Positions 58,008-64,000 of a stretch of DNA of 64,000 bases are shown here, piece after piece. Made by a program: the position numbers and the translations under genes. The DNA lies in NCBI GenBank assembly GCA_963836195.1, contig CAWIIX010000027.1:22574-86573 (forward strand). Direction: 5' to 3'. Source of the DNA: an uncultured Actinomycetota bacterium. Its GTDB lineage: Bacteria; Actinomycetota; Actinomycetes; Streptosporangiales; Streptosporangiaceae. The first letter of the stretch is position 1; each line of letters starts with the position of its first letter. The notes beneath the pieces are model-generated. The model was not told the origin of the DNA. It searched no databases and saw only the letters and a program-made list of their open reading frames with translations.

Positions 58008-58907
58008 TTAGGCAGCGGTGATATCGAGGGCGGCGACGAAGGCGGCGAGGTCGCGACGGCGAGAGTCATCGGGCCAGACGGCCCAGGTGCGGCGGATGAG
58101 GGGGTTGCCGACCAGCGCGCACCAGGTGACGGCGTCCGGAATCGTGCCGGCCCAGGCCGGCGGCGCGAGCGCGAACGCCTGGCCGGTGCCGACGGCGGCC
58201 AGCTTGACCTCGGCGATCAGGCCCTGGCCGCCCTGCCCGGGGCGGTCGCGAACGTCGATGCCATGGCTGCGGAGCGTGCCGGTGACCTGATCGTGCCAGG
58301 CGGGAGACTCGGCCCGGGAGAACCCGGCCCACTCCAGGTCCGCCAGCTGATGCAGCCACACGCTGCCGCTGCCGGCCCGTTCCGCGGCCACGCCGGCCGA
58401 CAGCAGGACGCCGAGCGGCTCCTCGGCCACCAGCACGGCGTCGTAGCCCGGACCGGGCGGACATTCCCTGGCCAGGGCCAGGTCAAGGTCGCCGGCCGCC
58501 AGCGCCGCCAGCTGAGCCGCGCTGGAGGCATGGCTGATCTCCGCCCGGGTCTGCGGGAAGGCCGCGCCCATGTCCGCCAGCGCCCCTGGCAGCACGCTTC
58601 CCGGCAGCTCGAGCGGCACGCCCACCCGCAAGGTGGCCGGGCCGGCCACATCCTGGCCGGTGACCGCGGCGAGGATCCGATCGTGCTGGGCGAGCAGCGC
58701 GCGGGCCTCCCGCAGCAGCACCTCGCCCGGCTCGGTGACGGTTACCCCGGCCGAGTGCCGGTCAAGCAGCCGCACGCCAAGCTGGCGTTCCAGCGACCGA
58801 ATGGTCTGCGACAGCGCGGACTGGCTCACGTGCAGCGCGCGGGCGGCGGCGGAGAAGCTGCCGTCCTCCGCGACCGCAGCGAACGCCCGCAGCTCGCGTA
58901 TTTCCAT
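58008..58907 (-). CDS. LysR-family transcriptional regulator
   Basis: LRAFAAVAEDGSFSAAARALHVSQSALSQTIRSLE. Confidence 0.93.
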   Translation of the reverse strand: MEIRELRAFAAVAEDGSFSAAARALHVSQSALSQTIRSLERQLGVRLLDRHSAGVTVTEPGEVLLREARALLAQHDRILAAVTGQDVAGPATLRVGVPLELPGSVLPGALADMGAAFPQTRAEISHASSAAQLAALAAGDLDLALARECPPGPGYDAVLVAEEPLGVLLSAGVAAERAGSGSVWLHQLADLEWAGFSRAESPAWHDQVTGTLRSHGIDVRDRPGQGGQGLIAEVKLAAVGTGQAFALAPPAWAGTIPDAVTWCALVGNPLIRRTWAVWPDDSRRRDLAAFVAALDITAA

Positions 58908-58937
58908 CGTCCTATCGTGCCCGCTGGCGGGGCCGGC

Positions 58938-59684
58938 TCAGACGGCGACTCGGCCGCCGTCGACCGGCAGCAGCGCGCCGTGGACGAAGCTCGCCTCGTC
59001 CCCGGCCAGGTACACGATGGCCGAGGCGATCTCCTCCGGCAGCGCCGGCCGCCCGGCCGGGGCGGCGGCAGCCAACTGGTCCAGTGCCTCGCCCATGCCC
59101 GCGGTGCCCTCGGTCCGAGTTGGTCCCGGGCTGACCGCGTTCACCCGCACGCCCGACGGCCCGTACTCGGCGGCCCAGGACTTGGTCAGCAGCACCAGCG
59201 CCGCCTTGCTCGAGCCGTAGAGCGCCATCTGCGGTGCCCCGAACTCCGCCACCATCGTCGTGACGTTCACGATCGAGCCGTGCCCGCGTCCGGCCATCTT
59301 GGGTGCCAGCTCCGCCACCAGGAAGAACGGCACCTTGACGTTGACGTCGTACACCCAGTCGAAGTCCGCCCCGGTCGCCTCGTGGGTCGGGCCGAACGGG
59401 AAGACCCCGGCGCTGTTGACCAGGATGTCCACGTGCCCGCCGCCGAGCCTCTCGGCCTCCCGGGCCAGGGCGCGGGCGCTGGCCTCGTCACCGAGGTCCG
59501 CCTTGACGAAGTCGGCGGTCCCCCCGGCCTCGCGGATCGTGGCCACCGCCTGCTCGCCACGGACCGAGTCCCGGCCGGACAGCACGACGTGCGCGCCATT
59601 CCTCGCCAGCGCCACCGCCGCCGCCCGGCCGATACCGCTGTTCCCGCCGGTCACCAGTGCTGTCTTGCCGTTTAGGTCACTCAT
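58938..59684 (-). CDS. SDR family oxidoreductase
   Basis: TGGNSGIG, VNSAG, YGSSK, VNAVSPG. Confidence 0.93.
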   Translation of the reverse strand: MSDLNGKTALVTGGNSGIGRAAAVALARNGAHVVLSGRDSVRGEQAVATIREAGGTADFVKADLGDEASARALAREAERLGGGHVDILVNSAGVFPFGPTHEATGADFDWVYDVNVKVPFFLVAELAPKMAGRGHGSIVNVTTMVAEFGAPQMALYGSSKAALVLLTKSWAAEYGPSGVRVNAVSPGPTRTEGTAGMGEALDQLAAAAPAGRPALPEEIASAIVYLAGDEASFVHGALLPVDGGRVAV

Positions 59685-60078
59685 GTGAGCCGCTTCCCTC
59701 GCCGTTGGTCCGTGCTGTCGTTGGCGGGCGACCGCTCTCGCGGCCCCGCGCCTGACCACAACTTGGGGAGCGGCCCGGGCATTGCGTTCCGGCTCGGCGC
59801 CTTGCCGCTAGCGGCTATAAGCGGCGCCGATGGCCCATGGTCGCCGCGCTTCCCGACCCGACATCGTCACGGCCGGTGAGACACCAGGCCTGACGATGCG
59901 CGGGCGGATCTGTACCGGATTTACCGGGAATGGTCTGACGGGGTTCTGACCCACTCCCGGCCGGATGTCCGGCCGCTGATAAAACTATTCTCGCTGGCGT
60001 TTCGGTCACCCATTTGCCATCGCCGAGCAAATAGGCTGCTCTGCGCGTCTGGGTCATCGGGGAAGAGCCGCGGGAGGG

Positions 60079-60885
60079 ATGACGCACACCTTTAAGGACG
60101 CATATAAGCGGATCGCGGCGCTATCGGGGAGGGTGAAAGCTGTCGTGGCCAGTGTCCTTGCGGCCGGTATCGTCGCGCTGAGTTTCTTTTCCGCGGGCGG
60201 CTTCAACAGCCCCGCCCTCGTCGCGCCACCATTCCCGAATTCCGTCCGCGCGCCCGCGGGCTACCGGGTGACCTACGCCCATGACTTCACCAGGCAGGGC
60301 ATGGGCGACTGGGTGACCCAGCCCGGGGCGGGTGCGACGGTCTCGGTCAGCTCCCGCTACGGGCTCGGGGTTGAGGTCACCGGTGAGGACCAGTGGGCCG
60401 AGGTCATCTCGTCGGACGCGGTGATCGGGCCGAACTCGTTCGTTCAGGGGCTGGTGTACATCCCGTCCGGCCCGAACGGCTCCACCGCTAACTGGCCCGC
60501 GTTCTGGTCGACGGGCTCGCCGTGGCCGAACAACGGCGAAATCGACATGCTGGAGGGGCAGTCGGGCCGCTCGTGCGAGCAGACGCATTACGGGACATTG
60601 CAGCCCGACGGTCACGCCAGCGACAATTCGGTCAGCCACTGCGGGCCGCTCGGCCCCGGTTCCACCGGCTGGCTCACGGTCTCCATGCTGCGGACGGGCG
60701 GGCAGGTTAAGGTCTGGTACAACAAGAGGTTCATCGGCAAGGTTCCGCTGCCCCCCACGGCCGATCAGGAGCTGATCTTCCAGAACCAGGACGGCCCGAA
60801 CAACAGCTGCCCGTCGTGCAACGGTCCGCTGGTTTACCCGTCCACCGCGTGGCTGTCGCGGGTCGCCGTCTGGAGCGCGCGGTAG
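60079..60885 (+). CDS. Secreted or membrane-anchored GH16-like glycoside hydrolase
   Basis: N-terminal hydrophobic segment; WPAFW and GEIDMLEG catalytic motif. Confidence 0.75.
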   Translation: MTHTFKDAYKRIAALSGRVKAVVASVLAAGIVALSFFSAGGFNSPALVAPPFPNSVRAPAGYRVTYAHDFTRQGMGDWVTQPGAGATVSVSSRYGLGVEVTGEDQWAEVISSDAVIGPNSFVQGLVYIPSGPNGSTANWPAFWSTGSPWPNNGEIDMLEGQSGRSCEQTHYGTLQPDGHASDNSVSHCGPLGPGSTGWLTVSMLRTGGQVKVWYNKRFIGKVPLPPTADQELIFQNQDGPNNSCPSCNGPLVYPSTAWLSRVAVWSAR

Positions 60886-60912
60886 CGGTTGACCGCCCCC
60901 GGCCGCTCGGCG

Positions 60913-61437
60913 TCAGAAGCGGAAGCGAGTCAGGCCGCCCGGCTCCGCCGACAAGGTCACAATCGCCGATCGCAGGCGCAGGCGATACACGTTCCAGGGC
61001 GGGGGTCCTTGCGTGGGCGCGTTGAACGGGGCCGTGATGCCCGTCCCGCCGGCGTCGAGTTCGGCCGGCCAGCCATTGTCCGCCCACGCCTGCGCGATTC
61101 GCGCAAGTGCGTCCGGATCGGTCACCCGGGCAGCGTCACCCTCGACCACGACGTCGGCGTCGCGGATCGACAACGCGATGGAACAGCGCGGGTCCCGGGC
61201 GACATTGCGCCCTTTCCGGGTAGCGGTGCCGGTCTGGAACCAGAACGTGCCATCCAGCCAGAGGGCGCCGACCGCGGTCACATGCGGGCTGCCGTCCTCG
61301 TTGACCGTGGCCAGCCACGTCGTGCGGGAGTTGCGCGCGTCCGCGGCGGGCGCCGACCCGGCGTCGAGCGCGGCGGCCACCGCGGCCCAGTCCACCGGCG
61401 GCAGCCCGTCCGCCTTACCTAGGTTGATGATCTCCAT
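60913..61437 (-). CDS. Pyridoxamine 5-phosphate oxidase-like (split-barrel) flavin-binding protein
   Basis: WLATVNEDGSPHV, RKGRNVARDPR, VEG.A. Confidence 0.88.
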   Translation of the reverse strand: MEIINLGKADGLPPVDWAAVAAALDAGSAPAADARNSRTTWLATVNEDGSPHVTAVGALWLDGTFWFQTGTATRKGRNVARDPRCSIALSIRDADVVVEGDAARVTDPDALARIAQAWADNGWPAELDAGGTGITAPFNAPTQGPPPWNVYRLRLRSAIVTLSAEPGGLTRFRF

Positions 61438-61543
61438 AAGGCATCCTTTCTTACTGAGCCGACATCCTGGCTAACAGCGTCCGGTAGATAGGACGCGCGG
61501 CGACCGGCCAAGTCATCGCGCGTGCACAGGCAACGGGAGCGTC

Positions 61544-61966
61544 ATGGCAAACCAGCAGCAGCCCGGCCCGCTCGGCCCGGACGTGGCGGTCACGCACATC
61601 CTGGTGGTCACCGACCCGGCCCGGTCACGGGATTTCTGGATCGACGTCCTCGGGGCCGAACTGTACCGGGAGTACGGCGGGACGAGCGTCGTGCTGCGCT
61701 TCGCCGGCAGCTGGCTGCTGCTGGTCAGCGGGGGCGGCCCGACCCCCGACAAGCCCGCCGTGGTCTTCCGGCCGCCCGCTGACGCGAGCCTGGTCAGTCA
61801 CGCGATGACGCTGCGGGTGGCCGACTGCCACGCGGCCTATGCGGCGCTGCGGTCCAGGGGGGCCACGTTCCTCACCCCGCCTTACGACTGGGGCACGGAA
61901 ATCCGGTGCTTCCTGCGCGACCCGGATGGCCACCTGGTGGAAATCAGCGAGGCAAAAGCCGGCTGA
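61544..61966 (+). CDS. VOC/glyoxalase family protein
   Basis: V.DPARSRDFWIDVLG, DWGTEIRCFLRDPDGHLVEI. Confidence 0.9.
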   Translation: MANQQQPGPLGPDVAVTHILVVTDPARSRDFWIDVLGAELYREYGGTSVVLRFAGSWLLLVSGGGPTPDKPAVVFRPPADASLVSHAMTLRVADCHAAYAALRSRGATFLTPPYDWGTEIRCFLRDPDGHLVEISEAKAG

Positions 61967-61981
61967 GCGCCGCGCGCGCGG

Positions 61982-62149
61982 AACGACCTGACCGAGGCCA
62001 TGGTCGCCATCGAAGGCGAGCGCATGCGCGGCGTCACCTGGTGCGTGGTCGAGGAGGTCAAGAGCGGCGACTGGGCGATCGGCGGACAGCCGCTCACCAC
62101 GGAGGCCGTCCAGGCGCTGGCCCGCGGCGATGTGTCGCTGCCGGTCTGA
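61982..62149 (+). pseudogene. 4-oxalocrotonate tautomerase-family remnant lacking the N-terminal Pro1 region
   Basis: LTEAMVAIEGERMRGVTWCVVEEVKSGDWAIGGQPL; no upstream Met-Pro start. Confidence 0.65.
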
Positions 62150-62161
62150 CCCGGCCGGGCG

Positions 62162-63157
62162 CTAGCGGGCTGGTCCGGTCAGCGCGGCCGCGCCACGGGT
62201 GTTGATCACCCGGTCCGGCCCGAGGCCGAACTGCTCCGCGCGGCCGCAGCCGCCGTCCAGCCAGTCGAGCTGGCCGGGCGCGTGCGCGTCGGTGTCGATC
62301 GCGAACACGCAGCCGATCTCCACCGCCAGTCGCAGCAGGTCGTCGGGCGGGTCCTGGCGCTCGGGACGGCAGTTGACCTCCACCGCGACGCCGTGGTCGC
62401 GGCAGGCGGTGAACACCGCCTCGGCGTCGAACTCCGACTGCGGCCGGCCCCGGCCGGTCAGCAGCCGCCCGGTGCAGTGGCCGAGCACGTCGGTATGGGG
62501 GTTGCCGATCGCGGCGATCATCCGCTCCGTCATCGGCCCGGACGGCATCCGCAGCTTGGAGTGCACGCTGGCGACCACGACGTCGAGCCGCCCGAGCAGC
62601 TCCTCGGTCTGGTCGAGGGCGCCGTCGTCGAGGATGTCGACCTCGATCCCGGACAGGATCCGGAACGGCGCCAGGGTGTCGTTCAGCTCGCCGATCAGCT
62701 CCAGCTGGGCGCGGAGCCGGTCGGCGGACAACCCGTTGGCCACCGTGAGCCGGGGCGAATGGTCGGTCAGCGCGATCCATTCGTGCCCCAGGTCCCGCGC
62801 GGCCAGCGCCATCTCCAGCGGTGGGCTGCCGCCGTCGGACCAATCCGAGTGCGCATGGCAGTCGCCCCGCATCGCCGCTCGCAGCGCCGACGGCGGGGCC
62901 GGCGGGCCGCCGCCGAGCAGCCGGGTCAGGTACTCCGGCTCCTGCCCGGCCGCCGCCTCCGCGATCACCTGGGCGGTCACCTCGCCGATCCCGGCCAGCT
63001 GCCGCAGCGTCCCGGCCTGCACCCGGCCGGACAGCTCGCCCGCGCTCAGCCCGGCGACCACCTCGGCCGCGCGGCGGAACGCCCGGACCCGGTAGGTCGG
63101 CGCGCCGGACCGCTCAAGCTGGAACGCGATCTGCCGCAACGCCCACCCCGGATCCAC
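62162..63157 (-). CDS. PHP-domain protein with PolX-like N-terminal HhH region
   Basis: YRVRAFRRAA, GIGEVT, DCHAHSDWSDG, TDHS, SVHS, DTDAH. Confidence 0.9.
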   Translation of the reverse strand: MDPGWALRQIAFQLERSGAPTYRVRAFRRAAEVVAGLSAGELSGRVQAGTLRQLAGIGEVTAQVIAEAAAGQEPEYLTRLLGGGPPAPPSALRAAMRGDCHAHSDWSDGGSPPLEMALAARDLGHEWIALTDHSPRLTVANGLSADRLRAQLELIGELNDTLAPFRILSGIEVDILDDGALDQTEELLGRLDVVVASVHSKLRMPSGPMTERMIAAIGNPHTDVLGHCTGRLLTGRGRPQSEFDAEAVFTACRDHGVAVEVNCRPERQDPPDDLLRLAVEIGCVFAIDTDAHAPGQLDWLDGGCGRAEQFGLGPDRVINTRGAAALTGPAR

Positions 63158-63197
63158 GCCTGCCAGCTTAGGACTGCCATCGGCGGACGGGGAGAAT

Positions 63198-63232
63198 CAC
63201 GGGTCCGTTCGGGGAAATCCTGATGTTGACTT
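63198..63232 (+). repeat. Dispersed motif copy 6 (variant, 14-bp spacer)
   Basis: CACGGGTCCGTTCG gggaaatcctgatg TTGACTT; shares downstream GATC(T)CGTCGGAAAACC with copy 4. Confidence 0.55.
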
Positions 63233-63321
63233 TGGCCTTTGAATTCGACCGACAACCGGCAGGAGGTGATCTCGTCGGAAAACCGCCAGACGGCCCGGCC
63301 GCCCGGTGGTGCACTGGAACC

Positions 63322-63996
63322 ATGACCGAGGACCGGCTCGCGGGCCTTGACCGCCCGCTGCGGAACCGGGTGACGCCCGCGGGCGAGCTGATCGCGACCG
63401 AGCACCGCGGGACCATGTACGGGAACCGGGGCGTGCTCCACAACGACGACCTGGCCCTGGTTCGGCGTTACCAGGTCCGCCGCTGGCTGGTGTGCGTGCT
63501 CGAGTTCCGCGGCCGCCGTCGGCCCATCCTGCGGCCCCGCCGCTACACCGAGCTGTTCTTCCTCGACGAGGCGGTCGCGCTGGCGGCCGGGCACCGGCCC
63601 TGCGCGGAATGCCGCCATGCGGCCTACCAGTCGTTCCGAACGGCCTGGACGGCGGCCCGCGCCCTGCCCGCGAAACCCTCGGCGGACGACATCGACCGGG
63701 TGCTGCACCGGCAGCGCCGGCTCGTGGACGGGGCCCGCGTCACCTACCCGGCGCCGCTGAGCGAGCTTCCTGACGGCGTCTTCATCGTCCACGACGGCGA
63801 GTTCTGGCTGGTCCACGACGGCGGCCTGCACCGCTGGACCCCGGCCGGGTACACCGACCGGATCGACCAGTTCGACGGGTCGGCCGCGGTGCTGACGCCC
63901 CGCGCGACCGTGGCGGCGATCCGGGCCGGGTACCGCCCGATGGTGCGGCGCGGCCCGTTCGAAGCAGGGCATAACCCGGCTCAGAGCGCGGTGTAG
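63322..63996 (+). CDS. Conserved hypothetical protein with Ada-like metal-binding motif
   Basis: NRVTP.G, GNRG.LH, YTELFFLDEA.ALAAGHRPCAECR, LPDG, GYRP. Confidence 0.8.
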   Translation: MTEDRLAGLDRPLRNRVTPAGELIATEHRGTMYGNRGVLHNDDLALVRRYQVRRWLVCVLEFRGRRRPILRPRRYTELFFLDEAVALAAGHRPCAECRHAAYQSFRTAWTAARALPAKPSADDIDRVLHRQRRLVDGARVTYPAPLSELPDGVFIVHDGEFWLVHDGGLHRWTPAGYTDRIDQFDGSAAVLTPRATVAAIRAGYRPMVRRGPFEAGHNPAQSAV

Positions 63997-64000
63997 CGTT

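Noticed and set aside
61964-61966. Stop-codon readthrough or selenocysteine fusing VOC and tautomerase
   Set aside because: No SECIS-like element recognised, and the fusion would lack the catalytic Pro1.
508-63232. Dispersed motif as a CRISPR array or classical integron attC series
   Set aside because: Copies are kilobases apart and degenerate, with no cas or intI gene and no RYYYAAC/GTTRRRY boxes.
1-64000. tRNA, rRNA, intact transposase or integrase
   Set aside because: None recognised on either strand by eye.

Overview
High-GC actinobacterial DNA; an acid-soil Streptosporangiales/Trebonia-like organism is my inference from gene content. It reads as an accessory patchwork with no rRNA, tRNA, CRISPR array or core housekeeping genes. 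In order: (1) a truncated CitA/DcuS-type sensor kinase divergent from a NitT/TauT ABC importer; (2) a small biosynthetic island with a cytochrome-b5-fused desaturase, DpgA-like type III PKS, PAPS-dependent sulfotransferase, ABC exporter and PadR regulator, whose ~130-bp promoter/operator cassette is duplicated; (3) a broken Trypco1-trypsin remnant; (4) two Liv-type ABC operons, a sugar ABC/ROK/SIS operon and an FMN alpha-hydroxy acid dehydrogenase; (5) a pentose-type ABC operon ending in a 7-repeat Cys-paired propeller lipoprotein, then an orphan response regulator and a GH54-CBM6-ricin-ricin enzyme; (6) an uncharacterised four-gene module with a BTAD/SARP regulator, 22-bp-phased TTAA boxes, an HhH protein and a paralogous 143-aa protein lacking Lys, Arg, His and Cys; (7) single accessory enzymes and a DUF222-HNH element. 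The most notable unexplained signals are the co-oriented intergenic motif CCGTTCG-N11-TTGATYT at module boundaries (5 copies with the exact spacer, 1 variant), the SARP-controlled hypothetical module, and the PKS/desaturase/sulfotransferase island. About ten genes carry apparent single-base frameshifts, probably long-read errors. All family calls come from motif recognition by eye, not database searches.
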